Assembly: GCA_949300615.1 (NCBI GenBank)
Contig: CASGEW010000006.1
Span: 2,470 to 66,469 of the forward strand
Reading direction: 5' to 3'
Length of the DNA: 64,000 bases
Origin: an uncultured Bacteroidales bacterium
Lineage (GTDB): Bacteria; Bacteroidota; Bacteroidia; Bacteroidales; CHK158-818
In this document: piece by piece, positions 55,535 to 64,000 of the stretch
Layout: the number at the start of each line of letters is the position of its first letter
Numbering within the stretch: position 1 is the first letter of the stretch
Program-made: the position numbers and the translations under genes
Notes under the pieces: generated by a model
Told to the model about the DNA's origin: nothing
The model's input: only the letters and a program-made list of their open reading frames with translations
The model's database searches: none

Positions 55535-56878
55535 CTATTGATGCTCATTTTGCGTATCGTAATATTCGGCCAGTTCCCGGTCGATCTCAACCCCATACTC
55601 TTCGTCGTGTTGACTTCTGTCCAAACCGATACGTTCGCTTTCGGGCGAAACCCGCATCGGGATCATTTTGTTGGTAAGCCAATACAAGGCATAGGTAACC
55701 ACAAAGGTATAGGCAAATACGATAAAGACGGCCAATACATGATTTACAAAACTCTGAAAGTATGTTATGTCCTGGCTGTCGTACACAAATATTCCTGTAA
55801 AGATGGTACCGACAATACCACCTACTCCATGGGTAGGGAATACATCCAAGGCGTCATCGAACGTATTTTTGGAGTTTTTCCAGGTAACGGCAAGGTTACA
55901 GATAATCGTAGTAACAAAAGCGATGAAGATACTCTGTCCGACGGTTACATAACCGGCAGAGGGGGTAATGGCAACCAATCCCACTACGGCTCCGATAGCA
56001 GCCCCCATGGCCGAAGGCTTACGTCCCAACAAACAATCGAAAAACACCCATGTCATCATAGCGGTGGCCGAGGCCGTGTTGGTATTCAAAAAGGCTTTTA
56101 CCGCTATCGAATTGGCCGCCAACGAAGATCCGGCATTGAATCCGAACCAGCCGAGCCAAAGCATGGCCGCTCCCAACAGAACGAACGGAACGTTTGCCGG
56201 TTTTCCGGATGCCTTACGCCGCCCCAGGAATATGGCCCCTGCCAAAGCTGCAACCCCGGAAGAAGCATGCACAACAATTCCTCCGGCAAAATCCAATACC
56301 CCCATCTGCCGAAGGAATCCATCCGGATGCCACGTCCAATGTGCCAGGGGACAATAAACAAATATGCAGAAAAGGATCATAAAGACCAAGTATCCGGAGA
56401 ATCGGACTCTTTCGGCAAAAGACCCCGTAATAAGAGAGGGAGTGATAATAGCAAACTTCATCTGGAACAGGGCATACAATGCCAGCGGAATAGTCGGAGC
56501 CAATAAGGCATTGGTTGCCGCACCTACATTCTTAAACATAAAAAATGTGGTCGGGTCTCCTATAAAATGGCCTATATCATCTCCAAAAGCCAGACTAAAC
56601 CCAAAGAAGACCCAGATAACGCTAATTACCCCCATGGCAATGAAGCTTTGCAACATGGTAGAAATAACATTCTTGGCCCGGACCATCCCTCCGTAAAAAA
56701 ACGACAACCCCGGCGTCATCATCAGAACAAATATCGTAGCGGTTATCATCCAGGCAATATCCGCATAATTCAAATTTACATCCTCTTCTACAAACGAACC
56801 TTCGACATCCGAATAAAACAGACCCAGGATACTGATTCCCAACAAAATCGAAAATAAAATAATCCAACGTTTTTGCAT
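55535..56878 (-). CDS. amt: ammonium transporter
   Basis: The motif LMMTPGLSFFYGGMVRAKNV is present. DFAGGIVVHASSG is the Amt signature. Confidence 0.95.
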   Translation of the reverse strand: MQKRWIILFSILLGISILGLFYSDVEGSFVEEDVNLNYADIAWMITATIFVLMMTPGLSFFYGGMVRAKNVISTMLQSFIAMGVISVIWVFFGFSLAFGDDIGHFIGDPTTFFMFKNVGAATNALLAPTIPLALYALFQMKFAIITPSLITGSFAERVRFSGYLVFMILFCIFVYCPLAHWTWHPDGFLRQMGVLDFAGGIVVHASSGVAALAGAIFLGRRKASGKPANVPFVLLGAAMLWLGWFGFNAGSSLAANSIAVKAFLNTNTASATAMMTWVFFDCLLGRKPSAMGAAIGAVVGLVAITPSAGYVTVGQSIFIAFVTTIICNLAVTWKNSKNTFDDALDVFPTHGVGGIVGTIFTGIFVYDSQDITYFQSFVNHVLAVFIVFAYTFVVTYALYWLTNKMIPMRVSPESERIGLDRSQHDEEYGVEIDRELAEYYDTQNEHQ

Positions 56879-56906
56879 ATCGATCTCTTTTTAAAGTTTT
56901 ACAACA

Positions 56907-56914
56907 CAAAAGTA
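56907..56914 (-). promoter_or_regulatory. candidate -7 promoter box (TACTTTTG on minus strand)
   Basis: The plus strand reads CAAAAGTA, 29 nt upstream of the amt ATG. Confidence 0.45.
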
Positions 56915-57138
56915 AATCGACATATCCATACAAGAATACAAATATGACAATAATTTTATTTTACACAATATAAAGTATCTATATGATATAAATATAGCAA
57001 TAACAGAAGGAATATTCTACTATATTATCAATTTATCTATCAAAATAAAACATTAATATAAAAATCAAAAAGAAATAAATATTTATAGAAATAAAAGCAA
57101 AAAGAAACAATACACCATATTTCAACAGCATAAAGATC

Positions 57139-57154
57139 AAAAAAAAAAAAAAAA
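57139..57154. repeat. A16/T16 homopolymer tract
   Basis: I counted this directly from the sequence. It lies in the AT-rich tamA-amt intergenic region. Confidence 0.95.
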
Positions 57155-57271
57155 CGGTTTGTTTATGGTTACACTCTACCGGAAGGAAGATAAAAATAAA
57201 TTTTCGTTACACTTAATCTTAATACTGGAACAGAAAACTATCGTTTCTGTCCAACCCATACAAAGAGTTTT

Positions 57272-59593
57272 TCAGAACGGATAACCGATAGCCAGGTGAA
57301 AACCTAATCCCTTACCGAACGACTCGATGTTATAGTATCCTTTTTTATCGGTCTTATAAGGTGCGTGGATGGCAATACCCAAATCGGCCCGCAAAACCAG
57401 GTAGCTGATGTCATACCGGAACCCGAACCCCGTACCCACGGCAATATCTTCAAAAAAGCTTTTCATGGTCAATTCTCCCCCGGGACGCATCGGATCCTTT
57501 TTCAACAACCAGATATTGCCGGCATCTACAAACAGGGCCCCGTTCAACCGGTTGTAAATATTGAATCGCCATTCGGTGTTCAATTCCAGCTTAAAGGTAC
57601 CGGTTTGGTCCAGGAATGCGTTGGCATTATCGGACGATGGTTTGTAACTGCCCGGTCCGAGCGAACGGATGGTAAAAGCCCGGATGCTGTTGGCCCCACC
57701 GATATAAAACTGTTCACTATACGGGACTACCGAGGAATTTCCGTAAGCGTGTTCGATACCGACCAAAATGCGGGAGGCAATCCAATCGTTCTTCCGGGTC
57801 TTCTTATAATATTTGAATTCGCTGACAGCCTTGATAAACTGGGAGAATGTACTGCCAAACAACTTTTTATCGGCGCCCCGCTCTCCGAACCAATGCGCAA
57901 CGACCGAAAGGATATTGCCCGCTTCGGTTATGCTGTTTTGCCAGAAAAGCCGTTTCCCGTTGTTTCGCCCATACGTTTTATCAATCGTATAGGTATAGCT
58001 CATGGAGGGAATAAACTGATTACGGAAACTGAGAGCCAGAGCCGGATTCTCCTCCAACGTTTGATTGAACTCGGCAGACGAATTCAACAAATTATTATAC
58101 ACCAGTTTAAAAGGCGTCAAGGTATGATAACGGGTGGGAGAAGTCTGAAAATCGAAAAATGCAGAACCGCTGAACGACAACATCCTGAAATATTTGGGAC
58201 GGTTCATCAGATCAGCTCCCACCTGGAACGAGGTCTGCGCCGGATACCGGTTACGCCGGGTGATAACCCGCGGAGCCAATAACCGAGGGATGGCCAAAGT
58301 GCTGTTTAACCCGAACTCATAGGAGTTCAACAACGAAGATTTGCTCCCGGCCGGTTGCTTCCCGGTCTGCCACTCGTACGCCCCGTTCAGCCGGACAGAG
58401 AGTTTCTCCCCGCCACCGAATACATTTTTCCGGTTAAGGCCGAAAATAACCCCTGGGCCGATGAAGTTATTCGACTTGGAAGATACATCCACCTCAAATT
58501 CCGCCTCCAAGGGCGTATCGAACTGTGCCTGAATGGATACGTTCAACGAATCGCTGTTACCGATAGAGTCTATCGGCGTTACATCCATATTGACATACCG
58601 GAATATGTCGAGTTTGTTCAGGTTGGACAAGCTCTTTTCCGGGGCAGTGGCATCGAACAGATCGCCCCGACGCATCTCAATACTCCGTCTCAATACCGAT
58701 TTACGCACCTTCAACGGTTGGTGCGTCAAGATGGTAAATTCGCCGGCCTGTATCGTGTCGAAAGGTTCGGAGGTGGGGACAACGGGTTGCAGCACTACGT
58801 CGATATTCCCGACAAAATATTTACGAAGGGCCACTTCGGGTATTCCCTTCTGAGGAACCAAACGCAGAGCTATCTGGCGCGGATGCAAGGAAGAGTCTGC
58901 CAGATACTCTACATACTCGGGGCGGAAAAAGTAATATCCCTGCTCGCGTGCAAGATCGGCTATGCGGGTGCGTTCCATGGCCAACGTATCGGCATTATAC
59001 TGTTTACCGGTCTGCAACAGCGAGGAGTTGCGGGTACTGTCTATCAACATTCCCAATGGTGTTTCCGGAAAGCGGTATTCAATCTCTCCATAACAAACCG
59101 GAGGAGCTACGCTTACCGTATAACTGACACGCGCCTTTTTAGGATTGCGCTTGTCGGGCAACAACTCATACGACGCACGGCTACCGAAATATCCGTAATT
59201 GTCAAGGATATTCTCAACGGCCTTCACCCGAATGTCGGGCTGAACTTTCGAGATCAAAACCGGCTCTTTGGCAAATTTGGCAAACATCCAATGTTTAAAC
59301 CCTTTTGTCTTGTCGGTTTTGAACGCATTATAGGCCCACAACCCGATGGGGAAAGGGGTTCGGACGTACGGACTGAACAACGGATTATTGGGGGCAACCG
59401 ACAGCGGCTCTTTAATGGCACTTTCTACATCACCGGGGATTTTACCCATGACACTGTCCGGGACGATCGCTATTTTTTTTACTCCGGTATATAGCACCTC
59501 TCCCTCCGGAATCAATTTGGTGGTAGAACAGGAACTGCACCAAATCAAACCGAACATCGAGACTAACAGCATATACAGGTAACGGTTATTCAT
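57272..59593 (-). CDS. tamA: BamA/TamA-family outer-membrane protein (translocation and assembly module subunit)
   Basis: The 773-aa protein has a lipoprotein-like signal (LIWCSSC). It has a C-terminal Omp85 barrel ending in GYPF. It overlaps the tamB stop by 8 nt. Confidence 0.75.
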   Translation of the reverse strand: MNNRYLYMLLVSMFGLIWCSSCSTTKLIPEGEVLYTGVKKIAIVPDSVMGKIPGDVESAIKEPLSVAPNNPLFSPYVRTPFPIGLWAYNAFKTDKTKGFKHWMFAKFAKEPVLISKVQPDIRVKAVENILDNYGYFGSRASYELLPDKRNPKKARVSYTVSVAPPVCYGEIEYRFPETPLGMLIDSTRNSSLLQTGKQYNADTLAMERTRIADLAREQGYYFFRPEYVEYLADSSLHPRQIALRLVPQKGIPEVALRKYFVGNIDVVLQPVVPTSEPFDTIQAGEFTILTHQPLKVRKSVLRRSIEMRRGDLFDATAPEKSLSNLNKLDIFRYVNMDVTPIDSIGNSDSLNVSIQAQFDTPLEAEFEVDVSSKSNNFIGPGVIFGLNRKNVFGGGEKLSVRLNGAYEWQTGKQPAGSKSSLLNSYEFGLNSTLAIPRLLAPRVITRRNRYPAQTSFQVGADLMNRPKYFRMLSFSGSAFFDFQTSPTRYHTLTPFKLVYNNLLNSSAEFNQTLEENPALALSFRNQFIPSMSYTYTIDKTYGRNNGKRLFWQNSITEAGNILSVVAHWFGERGADKKLFGSTFSQFIKAVSEFKYYKKTRKNDWIASRILVGIEHAYGNSSVVPYSEQFYIGGANSIRAFTIRSLGPGSYKPSSDNANAFLDQTGTFKLELNTEWRFNIYNRLNGALFVDAGNIWLLKKDPMRPGGELTMKSFFEDIAVGTGFGFRYDISYLVLRADLGIAIHAPYKTDKKGYYNIESFGKGLGFHLAIGYPF

Positions 59594-62500
59594 TTTTCAA
59601 CTTCTCCTCTGTTTTTTTAGCCGGGACAAAAAGATTCCGAAGATGCAACAATTTCTTACGCACCACAAAACCGAATCCGGTTTGTATGATCTCTCCCTCC
59701 AAAATACTTTCATAGCTGGTATGCCTGAAAACCTTCAAGAACATATTATCCCGCCGGTTAAGCATATACTCTAACGAAATATCATCGACCAGATTTTCCT
59801 TCATATTCATGGACGGATCTACGTCGCTCCTGAAACTTCCGCCCACTACCACTTTGACCCGGTCGTTAAACAGCGTTTTGGACAATTTGTACGAATAATC
59901 GGTACGGGTACCGGGAGCACCATCTACTAACCCATCGTAACTGTCTATGCCAAAGGTCAGATCGACATTTTTCAGGTTATTGCGTGCCCATTGGTTCAAC
60001 TCCTGCTGGATAAAAGAGTTCAACGGATTTCCCGCAATGTTCGACCGCCCCGATGTTCCGGGACCGGTATAGGTATTATAAATCAACAGGTTCATGGCCT
60101 GCGTAGAACGCTGCTCGGCCGTAAGAGAGGCCAACTGGTTCTGGATGGAGAGATCGTCGGTAGCTTTCAAATCAAAGGTTACCGAGAGATTATCCAACGT
60201 GTTTTGTATCTTGATAATAACGTCGAAATTCACCGGACGGCTGTTTTTGTCGTCCTCGCTCACCGTTGCCCGGACATTTTCCACGGCCGTAATTGACATG
60301 GACGGGTCTGCTATATTTCCCAGCCACTCGACATAACTACCCTCCTGGATATTAAATATTTTTTCGGATATAATGGGCGGATTATATCGCACGGTACCCC
60401 CCGTCAGTACATACCGACCGCTGAAACGGCTGTCGCCTAACGAGTTCTGGCTGTATGTCAAATTTCCACCACCTTGCAGATTGATTCGGTTCTCACCGTC
60501 GTCCGAAAGGTTTACGGCCATCTTGACAGACTGGCCAATTTCAACATTCATCAAAACCGACAACCCGCCTACCTTGATTTGCGGGACAGATTCTGCTTCA
60601 TCCACCTGCGTGGTGTCGCTAAACGAAACGAACGACACCATCGAGCGAGATTCGTCCTTTACCTCCAACGGCGAATCTTGCAGGACATAGGTAGCATCTG
60701 TACCGTTCAACAAACGGATATCACCCTGAACAGACAATTCATCCAATTCACCCCGGATGGTAGTATTCAGGTCCATATTTACCTTTCCATACAACATGGC
60801 CCCTTTCCGCCGACTGATATTGACGGGTTGAAAATCGGTCGCGTTAACCGCCAAATCGGCATAATAGCGGTTGAAGTCGCCGCTCTTTACATTTCCATTG
60901 ATATACAACGCATTTTTATTGGCTCCCGATATGGCATAACGATCAAACAAGACCGAGTTGTTTTCAATCCGTATCGGTTCTGCCGAGAATCCGAACGAAG
61001 CCCCAATCATGGGTACCGTCAGCTGAGTATCAGCGAATCGTATCTCTCCGGATAGCAACGGCCGGTCTATCTTCCCAGAGAAATTTATCCGACTATTCAA
61101 ACCGCCTGTCAATGAAGCGACCCCATCGGGTATAAACGAATTGATATGATTCAACGGGAAATCGGATACGGTTAATTCGGCCAAAAGATCCCGTTCTCCC
61201 GCTGCCCAATATTTTCCTTCAAGGGTTACGACTTTTTTCCGGTTTATATCCAGTCCGGCATTTACCCGGTAAAGAGAATTGAGCGAATCGGCAGCATGGG
61301 ACAGATGGGAAAAAGATAGGCCAACATCTCCTATCTCCACCTTGTTATACTGCAACGAGTCGATAGAGAGTTTCCCCTCTACATTAAAATACACACTCGA
61401 TGGCGAAAGTGCGACGTCGGCGGCCAACAGCCCCCCGACAGGAGGAGCAAACGGGAACGACTGTAAAGTTGTCTCCAAGTCGATACCCGATACGGAGACT
61501 TGGACACCGTTATTTTCAGTTGAATAGACCCAAAATTTTTTATCTTTACCCGACAACCGAAAATCTGCCAAAATCGTACCGTCAAAACCATATGAGATAT
61601 AATTGTCCGGATTGATACTCCAACGTTCAAAACCCAGAATGGGATCGAAGGTAAGATACTTATACGTCAGTAAAGAATCCATATATTCCAGCCGGCTTTT
61701 AAAAGAGAACCCGGTATTTCCGTCCTGATCGATTTCGGAAAAATCCATATCGAGCAGATTACCATACCACCTTCCGGATAATTCTGCCATTCCCATATCC
61801 AACGAATTGGAGGGAAGATTTGCCAGTTTCATACCATATACCAGCACACTGTCGGCTTGCGCCAATCGCCACGATAGAGTATCCAATACAATTTGCCCGG
61901 CAGCCAATCCCGTTATATCTCCCTGTAAAAGGAACGGCGAGACGCTATCGGAAACGGCCGATAACGACACGGTTTTCAATTGGAGATCTTTGGTCTTTAA
62001 ATAGTTGTTGATAAAATTATCTCTCTGTGCATGAGCTGTCAAACGGAAACTCGGCATCTTCTCTTGTACCTCCTGCATATTGATCGACCCTTGGGCAATC
62101 TGCTTTGTTAAAACGGCAATAGCCTCCGATATTTTTGCCGGGAAACGCACCACATTGTCTTCTGACCGAAAGTCTGCCCGGAAATCGCCCGACTGCAATG
62201 AAGCGGCCAGATAAGAGGGGGCTCCGTCGGCATGAGCAAAAATATCCTTAAAACGGTTCTTCTGATGATTCACCTGCCACGAAAGTCCAGTTATACGGCT
62301 ATTGGCAGCAAATGTCAGAGAGTCTGTGGCCGAAGCATCTATGGACAAACCGAACGACAGGATAGATGCTGACGGCGAAAAATTCAACCGTTTCAAGTCG
62401 ATTTGCCGGAAATCGCCCGAGAGGGCAATGCTTCCCCCCTCCTTTCTTATATCTCCTGCCGCAGACATCCCTAAATCAAGGGCCGAAGAGGCACTGTTCA

Positions 62501-64000
62501 ACGTTATCGCATAAGAACCGTTCTCCAACCAACCGTCCAAATCAATATCACGATAATCGTATCCCCTGAAATCGAACCGTTGTACCTGCAACAAGGCTTT
62601 TAAACGAGTAGCGGGATCCAAGAAATCATACCCGGCACCCGACACCTGAGCTGCCAGCGAAACGCGATTCAAAGAGTCGGCCGGCAAGAAACGGGCCAAC
62701 GGAAAAGAGTCGGCTTGTAATGTTATATCGTACTGTTTGCGGGGAAGAGAAACCGAACCCGATACACGGAACAAACAACTGTCCGAAACCAACGACAGAT
62801 GGGGAGAGATATCCCCGGCAAGGGCTTGCGCACGAACGGTCAAAGAGGTTCCCGAAGGAATGGCGATGCGGGGAGTTCCTTGTCCGTTCAACAAACCGGT
62901 CAACAGTTTCCCATCGTGAACCTGACACCGCGAATAGAGAACTCCGGAAATCTGCTGGGGATGCAACAGGTTGGAGAACTCTCCTTGCGTCTGCCAATCC
63001 AAACAACCGGGGAGGGTTATATCCAAGCGCTTTACCTTCATCCGCTGCCATGAACCGGAGACATCTCCGGACAAGTCAGCCCTCAAATCCCGCAACTCCT
63101 TGTGTTGTTCAAACAGGGAATCCAACAACGGAGTAAAATCCGAAAGGGCCAAATGTCCCGATAATCGGGCAGAAACCGGAGCCTCTTTCTGCTGAGAAAA
63201 AAACGCGGTAGAGACATCCGCCGACAAAGAGAGTTGCGACTGCACCGTCTGGATACGGGCCTCCGGTACCCGGACCGCTCCCTCCTCCATGCCGAAGACA
63301 GCCGACAACGAACGAATTTCCAATCCGCTCCGCTCCTTTGCCTGTAATTGCGCTACCCGGGCATAGACCGAACTACCCCGATTGTACAAGGTATCTATCC
63401 GGGCATCGAACTTTTCTATTTCAACATACTCCGGATTAAAAGTGGGCGATGGCTCGGCACTTTTACTCCTATACAAAAAACGGTTATCTTGAATCGATAT
63501 TCCTCCGACAACGACCGTCCAATCTTTGCCGGACGACACGGTATCCGAGAGCGTCTCTTGCTGCGAGGTAACATTCCGTTCCGGTAGATACTCATACGAG
63601 TACGCTCCTCCGGACAGGGCCAAATGCCGCACATCGACCTGTTGATTATACAAATCGACGCAACAGCTGTCTATATCGGCCTGTTGCCAGGCTGCCGCAA
63701 TATCGGTCTGCGGGGCAGACAATGACAAATCAAGTGCCATGTCTGCCAACGACAGCTTTTCGGCTGATATTTTCCATTTTACTGCGGTTGTATCGCTGGA
63801 AATAGAATCTTCTTTCTGGGAAACTCCTATCTTTATCGTACCGCTGACACCGGACAATGCTACTTGCGACAGCTGGACTTCCGAGCTCTTTAAATCAACT
63901 ACGGAGGGATAAATCTGAAAATCACGGGCTTTAACCGATATATTCATATCCGATTGTTCGTCCACATAATTCAAAAAGGCGTTTTGAAACAGAAACCGGT
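59586..64000 (-). CDS. tamB: TamB-like translocation/assembly module protein (DUF490 C-terminus), 5' end outside the window
   Basis: More than 1460 aa of beta-rich repeats are visible. The C-terminus resembles DUF490 (VVGGSF...ISLEYMLNRRDNMFLKVFR). The frame stays open upstream of the TTG at 63974 all the way to the window edge. Confidence 0.75.
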   Translation of the reverse strand, partial: RFLFQNAFLNYVDEQSDMNISVKARDFQIYPSVVDLKSSEVQLSQVALSGVSGTIKIGVSQKEDSISSDTTAVKWKISAEKLSLADMALDLSLSAPQTDIAAAWQQADIDSCCVDLYNQQVDVRHLALSGGAYSYEYLPERNVTSQQETLSDTVSSGKDWTVVVGGISIQDNRFLYRSKSAEPSPTFNPEYVEIEKFDARIDTLYNRGSSVYARVAQLQAKERSGLEIRSLSAVFGMEEGAVRVPEARIQTVQSQLSLSADVSTAFFSQQKEAPVSARLSGHLALSDFTPLLDSLFEQHKELRDLRADLSGDVSGSWQRMKVKRLDITLPGCLDWQTQGEFSNLLHPQQISGVLYSRCQVHDGKLLTGLLNGQGTPRIAIPSGTSLTVRAQALAGDISPHLSLVSDSCLFRVSGSVSLPRKQYDITLQADSFPLARFLPADSLNRVSLAAQVSGAGYDFLDPATRLKALLQVQRFDFRGYDYRDIDLDGWLENGSYAITLNSASSALDLGMSAAGDIRKEGGSIALSGDFRQIDLKRLNFSPSASILSFGLSIDASATDSLTFAANSRITGLSWQVNHQKNRFKDIFAHADGAPSYLAASLQSGDFRADFRSEDNVVRFPAKISEAIAVLTKQIAQGSINMQEVQEKMPSFRLTAHAQRDNFINNYLKTKDLQLKTVSLSAVSDSVSPFLLQGDITGLAAGQIVLDTLSWRLAQADSVLVYGMKLANLPSNSLDMGMAELSGRWYGNLLDMDFSEIDQDGNTGFSFKSRLEYMDSLLTYKYLTFDPILGFERWSINPDNYISYGFDGTILADFRLSGKDKKFWVYSTENNGVQVSVSGIDLETTLQSFPFAPPVGGLLAADVALSPSSVYFNVEGKLSIDSLQYNKVEIGDVGLSFSHLSHAADSLNSLYRVNAGLDINRKKVVTLEGKYWAAGERDLLAELTVSDFPLNHINSFIPDGVASLTGGLNSRINFSGKIDRPLLSGEIRFADTQLTVPMIGASFGFSAEPIRIENNSVLFDRYAISGANKNALYINGNVKSGDFNRYYADLAVNATDFQPVNISRRKGAMLYGKVNMDLNTTIRGELDELSVQGDIRLLNGTDATYVLQDSPLEVKDESRSMVSFVSFSDTTQVDEAESVPQIKVGGLSVLMNVEIGQSVKMAVNLSDDGENRINLQGGGNLTYSQNSLGDSRFSGRYVLTGGTVRYNPPIISEKIFNIQEGSYVEWLGNIADPSMSITAVENVRATVSEDDKNSRPVNFDVIIKIQNTLDNLSVTFDLKATDDLSIQNQLASLTAEQRSTQAMNLLIYNTYTGPGTSGRSNIAGNPLNSFIQQELNQWARNNLKNVDLTFGIDSYDGLVDGAPGTRTDYSYKLSKTLFNDRVKVVVGGSFRSDVDPSMNMKENLVDDISLEYMLNRRDNMFLKVFRHTSYESILEGEIIQTGFGFVVRKKLLHLRNLFVPAKKTEEKLKNE

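Noticed and set aside
55271-56506. 411-aa plus-strand ORF
   Set aside because: It lies entirely antisense to the well-supported ammonium transporter gene. Its translation is low-complexity and rich in R, G, Q and H, with no recognisable motifs. It looks like a typical shadow ORF.
58355-59494. 379-aa plus-strand ORF (and the 305-aa ORF at 57365..58282)
   Set aside because: Both lie antisense to the TamA/BamA-family gene. They have no motifs and an arginine-rich composition, so I treat them as shadow ORFs.

Overview
This 64 kb chromosomal segment looks like Bacteroidota, probably Bacteroidales. Exact TAnnTTTG -7 boxes sit 10-80 nt upstream of many start codons, and there are no Shine-Dalgarno sites. 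Other hallmarks are a bcp-recA operon, a short (287 aa) RpoD, DUF3575/Mfa2-type fimbrial genes and many secreted glycoside hydrolases.

All family calls below rest on motif recognition from memory, not on searches.

Layout:
- 1-4.4 kb: a capsule export module. It has a Wzi-like fragment and a lipocalin-like lipoprotein on the minus strand, divergent from Wza-like and Wzz-like genes.
- 4.4-10.1 kb: housekeeping genes (Hsp15-like S4 protein, pth, L25) plus a metallophosphoesterase, a standalone Cas6-like gene and a DUF349 protein.
- 10.2-29.8 kb: a glycoside hydrolase island. It holds GH99, GH78, GH43, a GH130/43-like propeller, an (alpha/alpha)6 enzyme, GH101, a frameshifted GH29, GH2, a small OM beta-barrel and an unclassified clan GH-A-like enzyme. 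No SusC/SusD pair or regulator is visible, and it contains an unusual ~0.9 kb AT-rich gene-free gap.
- 29.9-44.1 kb: housekeeping genes, namely bcp-recA, kbl/tdh, a C11 peptidase, lysC, yihY, RNase P RNA, htrA, rpoD, an Lrp regulator, an OmpA-like protein and a sugar nucleotidyltransferase.
- 44.2-51.4 kb: the most interesting locus. A small serine invertase is bracketed by an imperfect inverted repeat. It lies directly upstream of an operon encoding DUF3575, two Mfa2-like lipoproteins and a 1032-aa lipoprotein with an Mfa2-like module, two beta-helix modules and a lectin-like domain. This is a candidate phase-variable fimbria/adhesin system.
- 51.6-64 kb: fba, a disrupted speA, doxX, amt, and tamA/tamB (tamB runs off the window end).

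I saw no rRNA, tRNA, CRISPR array, transposase or prophage genes.
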